From: Actinomycetales bacterium
GTDB lineage: Bacteria; Actinomycetota; Actinomycetes; S36-B12; UBA5976
Reading direction: 5' to 3'
Length of the DNA: 64,000 bases
Assembly (NCBI GenBank): GCA_027484085.1
Contig: JAIXQF010000001.1
Span: 4,742-68,741 of the forward strand
Part shown: piece by piece, positions 31,795 to 42,987 of the stretch
How positions within the stretch are numbered: the first letter of the stretch is position 1
Layout of the letters: each line of letters begins with the position of its first letter
Program-made: the position numbers and the translations under genes
Notes under the pieces: generated by a model
Told to the model about the DNA's origin: nothing
Databases searched by the model: none
What the model saw: only the letters and a program-made list of their open reading frames with translations

Positions 31795-32700
31795 TTAAAT
31801 CTTGGCCTTAGATTTAATTAGTTCTTGGACAATCGCGATACCAACCAAAACGATTAGTGCTCCCACTGGCTCGTACCAATGCAGCTTTTCTTTAAGTAGG
31901 ACAACTCCTGCCAAAGTTGAAACCACTGGAATCGAGTACGTAACTGTTGACATTGCGACGGCACCAGCGCGCTTTACGATGACAAATCCAATTACTAGTG
32001 CAATACCTGTACCGAGAACTCCAAGTGCAGTGATAGCCAGAATTCCGGTGATCGGCCATGAAGTTATTTCATGTGGCGATGCAATGGCAAATATTGCACA
32101 AATTGAAGCGCCGATTGTGAGTTGTGTTGCTACTGCACTAATCGGATCAAGGTTTAGCGGTGTTACATACTTTCGTGTCCACAGCGCAGAGAAGGCGTAA
32201 CCAATCGTGCAAACCGCACAAGCAACATAAGCCAACCAGTTGGATTGAAAGTCAACGTCCCAAACGCCAAGTAAAACCAACAGCCCTAAGAAACCCAGAA
32301 GCAATCCACCAACTCGAAATGGATTTAACTTTTCTTCCGGCAACATAAGTACTGCCAAGATTGCCGTCCAAAGTGGCATCGTGGAATTAAGTAAGCCAGC
32401 TGCGATGGAAGAAATGTGATGGATAGCCCAAGCAAAAATTGCGAACGGAATAACTTGAGCCATCAAGGTGATAAGCGCCAAATGTTTTATTGCAGGACCT
32501 CTGACAATGAACCTACGCCGAGTACCAATGACAATTGCGATTAAAGCAAGAGCGCCAAATGCCATCCGCGCAAAAGTTTGTTCGTATGGATCAAGAAAAC
32601 TACTGGCTACCTTGATGAAGAAAAATGAAAATCCCCAAATTGTTGTCAGAGTTAGCCATAGCGCTAGCCAACCTTTGGCGGGAGCTGCAGAGGAAGTCAC
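31795..32700 (-). CDS. EamA/DMT-family transporter
   Basis: Ten hydrophobic helices in a duplicated EamA pattern. GTG at 32700 is preferred, because the longer ORF to 32832 would overlap the divergent DUF3263 gene. Confidence 0.7.
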   Translation of the reverse strand: MTSSAAPAKGWLALWLTLTTIWGFSFFFIKVASSFLDPYEQTFARMAFGALALIAIVIGTRRRFIVRGPAIKHLALITLMAQVIPFAIFAWAIHHISSIAAGLLNSTMPLWTAILAVLMLPEEKLNPFRVGGLLLGFLGLLVLLGVWDVDFQSNWLAYVACAVCTIGYAFSALWTRKYVTPLNLDPISAVATQLTIGASICAIFAIASPHEITSWPITGILAITALGVLGTGIALVIGFVIVKRAGAVAMSTVTYSIPVVSTLAGVVLLKEKLHWYEPVGALIVLVGIAIVQELIKSKAKI

Positions 32701-32749
32701 TCGCCAATCATGGCGTAGGTAGACATACCACTTGGCATGACACCCCGAG

Positions 32750-33091
32750 ATGGGGGGTGACGGTGTTTTCGATAGAGCAAGGTTTAGCATTAGTGATGTG
32801 AATGAAGCCCGCGCCCTCTCTGCCGATAACACTGGTGTACTTCCAGAGCGCGATCAGCAGATCCTCGAATTCGAACGCCAATGGTGGAAATTCGCAGGCG
32901 CTAAAGAGCAGGCCATCCGCGAGCAGTTTGATATGTCTGCAACTCGTTATTACCAGGTTCTTAACGCCTTGATTGATCAGCCAGAAGCACTTGCTTTTGA
33001 CCCAATGTTGGTAAAGCGCCTTCAGCGGATGCGTGCTGCCAGGCAACGTGCTCGCTCTGCTCGTCGCTTGGGCATCGAACTAAAGAACTAA
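32750..33091 (+). CDS. DUF3263 domain protein
   Basis: ILEFERQWWKFAGAKEQAIREQFDMSATRYYQVLNALID is the DUF3263 signature. The true start may be the GTG at 32798. Confidence 0.7.
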   Translation: MGGDGVFDRARFSISDVNEARALSADNTGVLPERDQQILEFERQWWKFAGAKEQAIREQFDMSATRYYQVLNALIDQPEALAFDPMLVKRLQRMRAARQRARSARRLGIELKN

Positions 33092-33100
33092 GTAGTTGCC

Positions 33101-33580
33101 ATGTCCGGCAACCAAACTTTCAATCAGCGAGTAACAATTCCTGCAGTTGTAATTCTGGCAACTGTTAGCACTCTGTTCTTTGGTGGTTACAAACTGTGGA
33201 AACAAGACCCAAATCCGGTTTCGAGTCAGCCAACCGAATCAGCTTCTCCAATTGAATCAACCTCTGCGACCCCAACTGATTTGCCGACAGCATCTGCTGA
33301 TCCAACTGCGGACGCATCTGGTCGCTTGCCAGTAATTGTTCTGAATGGCACCCAAACTCCTGGATTAGCAAAGTCAATGAGCGATACGTTGCACGATGCT
33401 GATTGGGTTGTTGATGAAACAGGAAACTGGACAGGAGATCCAGTACTTGAGACCACGATTTTTTACCCAGAAGGTGGCTTGAGCTCAGCCCAAGAACTAG
33501 CCCTCCAAACTGGCGGTACCCCAGTCGAAGCAACTGCAGACTTAAGTAAAACCGCGTTAACTTTGGTGATTATTCAATAG
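33101..33580 (+). CDS. LytR C-terminal (LytR_C) domain membrane-anchored protein
   Basis: N-terminal TM helix, P/T/S-rich linker, then VIVLNGTQTPGLAKSMSDTLHDADWVV, typical of LytR_C. Confidence 0.65.
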   Translation: MSGNQTFNQRVTIPAVVILATVSTLFFGGYKLWKQDPNPVSSQPTESASPIESTSATPTDLPTASADPTADASGRLPVIVLNGTQTPGLAKSMSDTLHDADWVVDETGNWTGDPVLETTIFYPEGGLSSAQELALQTGGTPVEATADLSKTALTLVIIQ

Positions 33581-33679
33581 TTCTTTGGCAAGTATCAGAG
33601 TTTGATACTTGAAATTGCTTTTTCCCATAGCCCTGATACAGTTTTTCCACGGAAGCCCACAGCTTCTAAAAACTAAATA

Positions 33680-33810
33680 CACCTCATCCAGAGGGGCAGA
33701 GGGAACGGCCCGTTGAAGCCCCGGCAACCACCGCAGAACCGTTAAGGCCTTGCGACACGGTGCCAATTCCGACTAAAGACGGCTTGCTGTTTTTAGTACA
33801 GATGACGAAA
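33680..33810 (+). promoter_or_regulatory. SAM-I (S-box) riboswitch
   Basis: CTCATCCAGAGGGGCAGAGGGAACGGCCCGTTGAAGCCCCGGCAACC...GGTGCCAATTCC...ACAGATGA matches the SAM-I core. The P1 3' strand (33801-33805) abuts the RBS GAAAGG (33807-33812) of the ATG at 33824. Confidence 0.9.
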
Positions 33811-33823
33811 GGCTTCCAGCTCA

Positions 33824-35092
33824 ATGTCTGTAACACTCGAAAGAATCGAAACCGCTCCTTTTGGCGCGGCTACTCACCTCGTCTGTCGCGCTTGTGGCGC
33901 ACATGCAAAACTCGGTGCCGACTATTCCTGTTGGGAATGTTTTGGCCCACTTGAAGTTGCATATGATTTTGGAACCGTAACAAGAGAACAGATCCAGTCG
34001 GGTCCGTTCTCTTTGTGGCGTTATGCCCCACTTCTGCCAGTTCCAGCAAACATTGCCGAATCCCGCAATCTAGCGCCAGGCATGACGCGCTTACATCGCG
34101 CTGACAATTTGGCAAAAGCGTTAGGCATTACTGGCACGCTCTGGGTGAAGGATGACAGTGGTAATCCAACCCACTCTTTCAAAGATCGAGTTGTTGCAGT
34201 TGCGCAAAGTGCTGGCATTCAACTTGGCTTTAACACCTTGGCGTGCGCCTCTACCGGAAACCTTGCACACGCTGTTGCAGCAGCAGCAGCCAGAGCCGGA
34301 CAGCAATCAGTTGTATTAGTTCCTTCGAATCTGGAACAGCACAAGATTCAGGCAACTGCTGCATACAACGGTCACGTAATTGGAATCGAAGGAAACTATG
34401 ACGATGTTAATCGCCTCTGTGGCGAACTCATCGGGGAAGAAGTTTCATCAGATTGGGGATTTGTTAACGTCAACCTTCGCCCGTATTACGCGGAAGGCTC
34501 CAAAACTGTTGGTTATGAAATTGCCGAACAGCTTGGGTGGAGACTTCCAGATCAAGTTGTAATACCAGTTGCATCAGGCGCATTGCTTACCAAAGTCGAT
34601 AAAGGCTGGCGTGAATTCGTCGAGCTTGGTTTAGTTGAAAGTAAGCCATGGCGAGTTTTCGGCGCGCAAGCAACAGGTTGCAATCCAGTTTCCACTGCCT
34701 GGTCAGATGGCAGTGAAGTAGTTCGTCCTGTTAAGCCAGACACCATCGCTAAGTCACTAGCGATTGGCAATCCAGCTGACGGACCTTACGCACTTGATGC
34801 TGTCCGTCGAACCAATGGCGCAGTTGGCGATGTCACTGATGCTGAAGTCATTGAAGGTATTCGATTACTTGCTGAATGCGAAGGAATCTTTGGCGAGACT
34901 TCTGGGGGAGTAACCGTTGCGGTAACGCGCAAACTTCTGGCACAAGGTCTCCTAGATCCAACTGCCGAAACTGTAATTGTTAATACCGGCGAAGGCCTAA
35001 AGACTCTTGATGCTGTTGCCACTGGAAATGGTTTCTCAGCAACAATCACTCCAAATGTAGAATCCGTTGCAAAAGTTATCGAAGGTGCATGA
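33824..35092 (+). CDS. metM: threonine-synthase-like PLP enzyme with N-terminal zinc ribbon; probable O-phosphohomoserine sulfhydrylase (MetM-type)
   Basis: CRAC...CWEC zinc ribbon and PLP lysine motif NPTHSFKDR. Preceded by a SAM riboswitch and translationally coupled to a MoaD/ThiS-like GG protein. Confidence 0.65.
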   Translation: MSVTLERIETAPFGAATHLVCRACGAHAKLGADYSCWECFGPLEVAYDFGTVTREQIQSGPFSLWRYAPLLPVPANIAESRNLAPGMTRLHRADNLAKALGITGTLWVKDDSGNPTHSFKDRVVAVAQSAGIQLGFNTLACASTGNLAHAVAAAAARAGQQSVVLVPSNLEQHKIQATAAYNGHVIGIEGNYDDVNRLCGELIGEEVSSDWGFVNVNLRPYYAEGSKTVGYEIAEQLGWRLPDQVVIPVASGALLTKVDKGWREFVELGLVESKPWRVFGAQATGCNPVSTAWSDGSEVVRPVKPDTIAKSLAIGNPADGPYALDAVRRTNGAVGDVTDAEVIEGIRLLAECEGIFGETSGGVTVAVTRKLLAQGLLDPTAETVIVNTGEGLKTLDAVATGNGFSATITPNVESVAKVIEGA

Positions 35093-35373
35093 TGAGCGTT
35101 ACTGTCCGAATCCCGACAATTTTGCGGGCGTATGTTTCTGATCAATCAACTGTTGAAGTTGATCCAAACCCAGAAACCTTGCAAGGTGTTTTAGATGCCC
35201 TTGAGGCAATGGCACCTGGCATCTTGCAGCGCGTGATCTCCGACACCGGTGAATTGCGGCGCTTCGTCAATGTATATGTCAACGACGACGATGTGCGCTT
35301 CCTTGATGGGCTAAACACTTCTACTGCAGCCGGAGTTACTGTTTCAATTGTTCCTGCAGTTGCTGGCGGATAA
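35089..35373 (+). CDS. metO: MoaD/ThiS-family sulfur-carrier protein ending in Gly-Gly (MetO-type)
   Basis: 94-aa beta-grasp pattern (RFVNVYVNDDDVRFL). C-terminus VPAVAGG. ATGA overlap with the upstream gene. Confidence 0.65.
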   Translation: MMSVTVRIPTILRAYVSDQSTVEVDPNPETLQGVLDALEAMAPGILQRVISDTGELRRFVNVYVNDDDVRFLDGLNTSTAAGVTVSIVPAVAGG

Positions 35374-35616
35374 AACCGCAATAAACCATCGTTAAAATGA
35401 GTAAAAACCGATAGTTATCGGCGTTTTTCAACAAAGTGGCAAATACCTTGTGCTTATGTGCCGTAGAGTTAATTTCGGTCGAAGGCAAGCTTTTCGTTAG
35501 AGAGTAAGACTCGAAGACAAAGATTCGCGAGCACGATGCGAACTCTCACCTTGGTGGGCAGGGAGCAAGACCCGAAGCGGCAAACGTCGCTTCGACCCAT
35601 TAAGAAAAGAGATGCC

Positions 35617-35817
35617 ATGTTAGGCACAGTCAAGTGGTTCAACCAGGAAAAGGGCTATGGCTTCGTAGAAGTTGATGGCACTGATCGCGATGTATTCCTT
35701 CATTACTCAGCTATTGAGGTTGATGGATTCAAGACCCTGGAACAGGATCAGCGAGTTGAGTTCGAAATCGGCGAAGGCCCAAAGGGTCCTCAGGCAGAGC
35801 ACGTACGCCCGATCTAA
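35617..35817 (+). CDS. cspA: cold-shock protein (CspA family)
   Basis: [20 protein letters not shown]1 and [11 protein letters not shown]2. 67 aa from ATG 35617. The ORF-track start 35536 lies in the long 5' UTR. Confidence 0.92.
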   Translation: MLGTVKWFNQEKGYGFVEVDGTDRDVFLHYSAIEVDGFKTLEQDQRVEFEIGEGPKGPQAEHVRPI

Positions 35818-35833
35818 GACCAACACCTTGCGC

Positions 35834-35867
35834 AAAAGACCCGGTTAACGCCGGGTCTTTTGTTTTT
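35834..35867. terminator. bidirectional rho-independent terminator (cspA / convergent membrane gene)
   Basis: AAAAGACCCGG-TTAACG-CCGGGTCTTTTGTTTTT. Confidence 0.8.
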
Positions 35868-36648
35868 ATAGTGCAGAAATTTCTTGACTTTTATTTCGTC
35901 TCGACCAAGTCAAAGCCAGGTCAGTCGTGATTAGTGCCGCAAGTCCAAGCATGAAAGAAATCGGTGCGGGCAAGAGGGTAATTGTGGCTGTGACAACAGT
36001 GGAGAACATCACAGAACCGCCAAGAGATTTAGTGGTCCCAAGCAACAACTCTGAAACTGCGGATGGTCCATATGATCTGACTGTTGTTGGAGCAAGCACA
36101 GACAATATAACCGGCATCGAAGCTAAGATGCCTGCTGCTTGAACTCCAATTACTTCCTTTGCCCACGTTAAAGATGCGACCAAAGTCCCAGCGAGGAGAG
36201 CTTTCATTGGAGTTTCCCACCACTGCGGAATACGTACGGCTCTATCATCAGTAAGCGGTTTAGGCCATAACTTTACGGCTATAGCTGAAACTAAAACGAC
36301 GATTGCACCAACGAGCCAAGTATTCAATATTTGCACCAAGACTAGATCAGCAAATGCAGCCACTAACCAACCGGACAGCAAGGCAAATGGCCAAGCTTTA
36401 CGCCAACTAGTGTAGGTAAACACATAGCAGTATGAAACAACGGCGATTTGGCCGGCGACCACGCCATGTGCGGCGTTAGCAGTTTGTTCTGCTCCTTCCA
36501 TCAAATAAATCAGTATCAGGAAAGGTGCAGTTGATAGTGGGAGACCAATAAATCTTCCGCCGATCGCATGGCCCCATCGTTTTTGAATGTAGGAAACCAG
36601 GACTACCAGAGACGGAGTGAGCAACAACCTGAGAAAAAGAATGCTCAC
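35866..36648 (-). CDS. polytopic membrane protein of unknown function
   Basis: 260 aa, about 8 hydrophobic helices. No motif I recognise. Confidence 0.5.
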   Translation of the reverse strand: MSILFLRLLLTPSLVVLVSYIQKRWGHAIGGRFIGLPLSTAPFLILIYLMEGAEQTANAAHGVVAGQIAVVSYCYVFTYTSWRKAWPFALLSGWLVAAFADLVLVQILNTWLVGAIVVLVSAIAVKLWPKPLTDDRAVRIPQWWETPMKALLAGTLVASLTWAKEVIGVQAAGILASMPVILSVLAPTTVRSYGPSAVSELLLGTTKSLGGSVMFSTVVTATITLLPAPISFMLGLAALITTDLALTWSRRNKSQEISAL

Positions 36649-36714
36649 GCGCTAATCATGTCAGATTCATGGGTTCCCTATTCGAGAAAAACTAGTTCAA
36701 AATAGACTAGGAGC

Positions 36715-37248
36715 ATGTCAGATCGCGATGAGTTACGCCAACAGATAATCGATAAAGCCGTAGTGCACGGAAAGGTAATTCTTTCCAGTGGCAAGGAAGC
36801 GGATTACTACGTTGACTTACGTCGAGTAACCCTTGATGCTGAAGCTGCACCGATCATTGGTCGCGTGATGTTGGAGCTGACAAAAGATTTAGATTTTGAT
36901 GCAGTGGGCGGATTAACGCTAGGTGCAGATCCAGTTGCAACTGCCATGTTGCACGCAGCCGCAGCGCAAGGGCGCAAACTTGATGCCTTCGTAGTTCGTA
37001 AGGCAGAGAAGGCACATGGTCTGCAACGACGTATCGAAGGACCGGATGTGAAAGGCCTTCGCGTACTTGCGGTTGAAGACACCAGCACAACTGGAGGTTC
37101 AGTCATGACTGCAGTTGAGGCGCTACGTGAGGCTGGCGCTGAAGTTGTTGCAGTTGCAGTAATTGTGGAACGCGCTGCGCAACCAACTATTGAGGCTGCT
37201 GGACTTGAATATCTTTATGCTTACAACTTGCCAGACTTAGGTCTCTAG
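36715..37248 (+). CDS. pyrE: orotate phosphoribosyltransferase
   Basis: SGKEADYYVDLR and PRPP motif VLAVEDTSTTGGS. 177 aa. Confidence 0.9.
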   Translation: MSDRDELRQQIIDKAVVHGKVILSSGKEADYYVDLRRVTLDAEAAPIIGRVMLELTKDLDFDAVGGLTLGADPVATAMLHAAAAQGRKLDAFVVRKAEKAHGLQRRIEGPDVKGLRVLAVEDTSTTGGSVMTAVEALREAGAEVVAVAVIVERAAQPTIEAAGLEYLYAYNLPDLGL

Positions 37249-37988
37249 CTCTTACCCTGTCGGCGTTGTTTAAGTACCTCGAAGATAACTGGAAGCAAGC
37301 TCAGGCCAACAATTCCAAGTGTTACTAATTCGATGTTGTCTGCAACAAATTGAATTCCGCCAAAGAAGTATCCGGCCAGGGTTAGAGATACAACCCAAAG
37401 AATTCCCCCAATAGTGCTGTAAGTGGCATAAATTCGATAGTTCATTTTGGCTACCCCAGCCATACTTGTGATGACTGGTCGAACAACTGGAACAAATCGA
37501 GCTAATACGATTGCGCGCGGACCATGCTTTTCGAAAAAGTTTTGGGTGACGACGACATACTCTTGCTTGAAAAATCTTGAATCAGGTTTATTAAACAACT
37601 TTGGACCAAGTTTTGCGCCAGCCCAATATCCAAGGAGATTACCGATAATTGCCGCCACAGACATGGCAATGATTGCAACCCAAATTGGAGTGGAGATAAA
37701 CCCAGTGGCAAGCAGAATGCCTACGATGAAAAGCAGTGAGTCACCTGGTAACACAAGTCCAATAAGAAGTGCGCATTCGATCAATAAGATTCCACAGGCA
37801 ACTACAAGAGCCAAACTGCCAAAGCCTTTGAGCAAGCCTTCAGGGTCAAGAAACCCAGCCGCTTGAATGGATGTTGCGATATCGAATGGGGTAGTTGCAA
37901 TCACTATATGACTGTACCCGTGACACAATAAGAACGTGGGCAACGGCAAGCCCGATCCCACTGAATTATTGATTCCAGGAGTCTGCAA
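37245..37988 (-). CDS. DedA-family membrane protein
   Basis: LPGDSLLF and VLARFVPVVRPVITSMAGVAKMNYR DedA signatures. The true start is probably the GTG at 37894 (216 aa), because the long form overlaps the fbaA upstream region. Confidence 0.75.
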   Translation of the reverse strand: MQTPGINNSVGSGLPLPTFLLCHGYSHIVIATTPFDIATSIQAAGFLDPEGLLKGFGSLALVVACGILLIECALLIGLVLPGDSLLFIVGILLATGFISTPIWVAIIAMSVAAIIGNLLGYWAGAKLGPKLFNKPDSRFFKQEYVVVTQNFFEKHGPRAIVLARFVPVVRPVITSMAGVAKMNYRIYATYSTIGGILWVVSLTLAGYFFGGIQFVADNIELVTLGIVGLSLLPVIFEVLKQRRQGKS

Positions 37989-37989
37989 A

Positions 37990-39015
37990 ATGCCAATCGC
38001 TAGCCCAGAGATTTATAACGAAATGCTTGATCGCGCCAAAGCCGGCGCATTCGCTTATCCAGCTATTAACTGCACGTCTTCGCAGACAATCGTTGCCGCA
38101 ATTCGTGGCTTTGCTGAAGCAGAAAGCGATGGCATCGTGCAGGTTTCTTGGGGCGGCGCAGAATTCGCATCAGGTCAGGGTGTCAAAGACATGGTTATCG
38201 GTGCGTTAGCACTTGCCGAATTCGCACACGCAGTTGCAAAGGGTTATGGCGTAAACATTGCGCTTCATACAGATCATTGCCCAGCAGAGAAACTTGATGG
38301 ATTTATGCGTCCGTTAGTGCAAATATCCGCAGACCGCGTAAAGGCTGGACAAGGACCGCTGTTTCAGTCACACATGTGGGATGGCTCTGCCGTTTCAATG
38401 AAGGAAAACTTAGCTGTTGCCGACGAGATGTTGGACAAGTGTGCAGCAGCAAAAACTGTTCTTGAAATTGAAATTGGTGTTGTGGGCGGCGAAGAAGATG
38501 GCATCGAAGCCTCACATGACGCCAAATTGTTCTCAACTCCAGAAGATGCACTTGCAATGGCAGATCGCTTAGGTCTTGGCGAGCGTGGTCGCTACTTAGT
38601 AGCTGCAACGTTTGGAAACGTGCATGGTGTTTACAAGCCAGGAAACGTTGTACTTACTCCTTCAATCTTGAAAGAACTTCAAGAAGCAGTTCAGGCAAAG
38701 CACAATACAAAAGACAAGCCACTTGACTTGGTTTTCCACGGTGGTTCCGGATCATTGCTTTCTGAAATTCGCGAATCTCTTGACTACGGCGTAATTAAAA
38801 TGAACATTGACACCGATACGCAGTATGCATTTACTCGTCCAGTTGCCGATCACGTTTTCAAGAACTACGACGGCATCTTGAAGATTGATGGCGAAGTTGG
38901 AAACAAAAAGATTTATGACCCACGTGCATTCGGCAAGGCTGCTGAAGCCGGCATGGCTGCTCGCGTCGTAAAAGCCTGCGAAGACCTTCGCTCAACTGGA
39001 ACGAGAATCAAGTAA
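37990..39015 (+). CDS. fbaA: class II fructose-bisphosphate aldolase
   Basis: MPIASPEIYNEMLDRAK start, HTDHCP zinc site, FHGGSGS. The ORF-track start 37936 is rejected. Confidence 0.92.
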   Translation: MPIASPEIYNEMLDRAKAGAFAYPAINCTSSQTIVAAIRGFAEAESDGIVQVSWGGAEFASGQGVKDMVIGALALAEFAHAVAKGYGVNIALHTDHCPAEKLDGFMRPLVQISADRVKAGQGPLFQSHMWDGSAVSMKENLAVADEMLDKCAAAKTVLEIEIGVVGGEEDGIEASHDAKLFSTPEDALAMADRLGLGERGRYLVAATFGNVHGVYKPGNVVLTPSILKELQEAVQAKHNTKDKPLDLVFHGGSGSLLSEIRESLDYGVIKMNIDTDTQYAFTRPVADHVFKNYDGILKIDGEVGNKKIYDPRAFGKAAEAGMAARVVKACEDLRSTGTRIK

Positions 39016-39431
39016 TGACAATCGGACAAGACTTACTTAATGGTCCACCTCCAACCTTGTTGCCAGCAGACAATCGCGCACTAGAAGCGATTGCTGCGGG
39101 AAAGTCAGCCGAAGTCGTTGCCGCAGAATTTCCGGAAAGCAGTTTGGCGTGGGCAGCGTTTGCTGATCAAGCTTGGAATGAAAAGCGAATTATCGAGTCC
39201 TATGCTTTTGCCCGCGTTGGTTATCACCGTGGCCTTGATTCACTTCGCAAGAATGGGTGGAAAGGCTTTGGTCCTGTGCCATGGAGTCACGAACCAAATC
39301 GTGGTTTCCTGCGCTGCTTGCATGCCTTGGCACGAGGTGCAGAATCCATAGGGGAGTCGGCGGAAGCCACTCGATGCGCCCAGTTTTTAACGGATTGCGA
39401 CCCAGCAGCAACTGAAGCGCTAGTCGAGTAA
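39015..39431 (+). CDS. DUF3151 domain protein
   Basis: ESYAFARVGYHRGLDSLRKNGWKGFGPVPWSHEPNRGFLRCLHALA. Typical actinobacterial neighbour of fbaA. Confidence 0.65.
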   Translation: MTIGQDLLNGPPPTLLPADNRALEAIAAGKSAEVVAAEFPESSLAWAAFADQAWNEKRIIESYAFARVGYHRGLDSLRKNGWKGFGPVPWSHEPNRGFLRCLHALARGAESIGESAEATRCAQFLTDCDPAATEALVE

Positions 39432-39465
39432 AGATTCCATATAAATAAGGACTAGCCTTATCTAG

Positions 39466-40782
<1,317 letters not shown>

Positions 40783-40786
40783 TTTC

Positions 40787-41548
40787 ATGAAGGTCTATTC
40801 AGTAAAGAATGAATTTGGTGACCCAGTTGGTTTGCCACTTGGTGAAATTACAAAGCCTTCACTGCCAGACGAATCAGTAAAGCTAACTGGCAACTACTGC
40901 TACCTCGAAGTTTTGGATGCTGACAAGCACGTGGAAGAACTTTGGTCGGTTTATTCGCTGGATACCGATGGCCGTCTTTGGACATACATGCCACAAGGTC
41001 CATTTAGTAGTGAAGCTGAGTATCGCACTTGGGTTGAAGGCGTTCACCACAAAGCTGATCCATTCTTTTACGCGATCATTGATATCGAAACCAACAAAGC
41101 TGTTGGCGTTGCCTCATACTTACGAGTAGATCCAGTTTCAAACTCAATCGAAGTTGGCTGGATTACGTACTCACCGGTTATTCAGCAAAAGCCGATTGCA
41201 ACCGAAGCCATGTACTTGATGATGAAGCATGCATTCGACCTTGGCTACCGCCGTTACGAATGGAAATGTAATTCACTGAACCTGCCATCAATCAACGCAG
41301 CAATGCGGTTGGGAATGTCATTTGAAGGCTTGTTCCGTCAAATGGCTATGGTCAAGGGACATAACCGAGATACTGCTTGGTTCTCCATACTCGACCGAGA
41401 TTGGCCTGTGGCACAGGATGCCTTCGTTGCCTGGCTAGACCCAGAGAACTTTGATTCCAATGGACAGCAGAAACTGCGCTTATCCGACTTAACTGCCCCA
41501 ATTGTTGAGTCCCGCTGGCCAAATTTGAACCTGGATGTCCAGCGCTAG
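40787..41548 (+). CDS. GNAT-family N-acetyltransferase (RimJ/RimL-like)
   Basis: IEVGWITYSP...QQKPIATEAMYLMMKHAFDLGYRRYEWKCNSLNLPSINAAMRLGMSFEG. Confidence 0.7.
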   Translation: MKVYSVKNEFGDPVGLPLGEITKPSLPDESVKLTGNYCYLEVLDADKHVEELWSVYSLDTDGRLWTYMPQGPFSSEAEYRTWVEGVHHKADPFFYAIIDIETNKAVGVASYLRVDPVSNSIEVGWITYSPVIQQKPIATEAMYLMMKHAFDLGYRRYEWKCNSLNLPSINAAMRLGMSFEGLFRQMAMVKGHNRDTAWFSILDRDWPVAQDAFVAWLDPENFDSNGQQKLRLSDLTAPIVESRWPNLNLDVQR

Positions 41549-41631
41549 TTAGTTTTGGCAGTTAGGTTCGCCAGGTTATTGTCACAGGCGTAGCATTGTC
41601 TCGACCACTTGGTAAGAGGAGTTGCTAAACC

Positions 41632-42975
41632 ATGGAAGCTAATTCAGCCCGCGGCAAAGAAGTTTACGATCTAGACCGCAATCACGTATTTCATTCTTGG
41701 AGTGCTCAAGGTGCACTAAACCCAATGGTGATTCAGGGTGGTGAAGGCTCCTACGTTTGGGATTATGACGGTAACCGTTACCTCGATTTCTCGAGTCAGT
41801 TAGTAAACGTAAACATCGGTCACCAACATCCAAAGGTTGTTAAGGCAATTCAGGATCAGGCTGGCAAGTTAACAACTATCGCACCGCAGCATGCCAACGA
41901 CATGCGTGGCGAAGCCGCTAAGCGCATTTCTGATCTCGCACCAGATCACATGAATAAAGTTTTCTTCACCAATGGTGGAGCAGATGCAGTTGAGAATGCG
42001 ATCCGCATGGCACGCATTCATACCCGCAAGCACAAAGTTCTTTCGTACTATCGCTCGTACCACGGCAACACTGGCTCAGCGATCAATGCAACTGGCGACC
42101 CACGTCGTTGGCCAAATGAATTCTCCGCAGGTCACGTGCACTTCTTTGGACCACATCTTTACCGTTCAAGTTTCTGGTCTGAAAATCAAGAACAAGAAAC
42201 TGAGCGCGCATTAGCTCACCTTGCAGAAGTCATTAAGTATGAAGGTCCAAACACAATTGGTGCTTTGATTATTGAAACTGTAGTAGGTACTGCAGGCGTT
42301 CTTGTTCCACCTCCGGGTTACCTCGAAGGTGTTCGCAAGCTTTGCACCGATAACGGAATCGTTTTGATTCTAGATGAAGTTATGTGTGGCTTCGGTCGTA
42401 CTGGCGAATGGTTTGCGTTCGATGCTTTCGATGTAAAGCCTGACTTGTTTGTATTCGCTAAGGGTTCAAACAGCGGTTATGTTCCTGTTGGTGGCGTCGT
42501 CATCAGCGATGACATCGCAGCAACTTTTGACAGCCAAGTCTTCCCAGGTGGGTTGACTTACTCTGGACATCCATTGGCAGCAGCATCAATCGTGGCAACA
42601 ATCGATGTCATGAAGGAAGAAAAGATTGTCGAAAATGCCAAGCACATTGGTGAAACAATTCTTGGCCCAGGACTTAAGGACTTAGCTGAGCGCCACAAGA
42701 TCATCGGTGAAGCTCGTGGAAAGGGTGTCTTCTGGGCACTTGACCTTGTCAAAGATCGCGACACCAAGGAAATGCTTGCACCATACGGTGGCACATCTCC
42801 TGCAATGGGTGAACTTGTCGCATCAGCTAAGAAGCATGGCTTAATGCCATTCACTAACTTCAACCGTTGGCACATTGTTCCACCTTGCACTGTTTCTGAA
42901 ACAGAAGCCAAGGAAGGGCTAGCAATTTTGGATGAAGTCTTTGCTGGCCTAGGTAAGTACTACGAAGGTAAGTAA
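41632..42975 (+). CDS. class III (omega) aminotransferase
   Basis: LILDEVMCGFGRTGEWFA and FAKGSNSGYVPVGG (PLP lysine region). 447 aa. Substrate unknown. Confidence 0.8.
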   Translation: MEANSARGKEVYDLDRNHVFHSWSAQGALNPMVIQGGEGSYVWDYDGNRYLDFSSQLVNVNIGHQHPKVVKAIQDQAGKLTTIAPQHANDMRGEAAKRISDLAPDHMNKVFFTNGGADAVENAIRMARIHTRKHKVLSYYRSYHGNTGSAINATGDPRRWPNEFSAGHVHFFGPHLYRSSFWSENQEQETERALAHLAEVIKYEGPNTIGALIIETVVGTAGVLVPPPGYLEGVRKLCTDNGIVLILDEVMCGFGRTGEWFAFDAFDVKPDLFVFAKGSNSGYVPVGGVVISDDIAATFDSQVFPGGLTYSGHPLAAASIVATIDVMKEEKIVENAKHIGETILGPGLKDLAERHKIIGEARGKGVFWALDLVKDRDTKEMLAPYGGTSPAMGELVASAKKHGLMPFTNFNRWHIVPPCTVSETEAKEGLAILDEVFAGLGKYYEGK

Positions 42976-42987
42976 GTCTTAAGAAAA

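Noticed and set aside
33760-33954. 64-aa ORF overlapping the SAM riboswitch and the metM start.
   Set aside because: It lies within a well-defined riboswitch aptamer and out of frame with the downstream gene.
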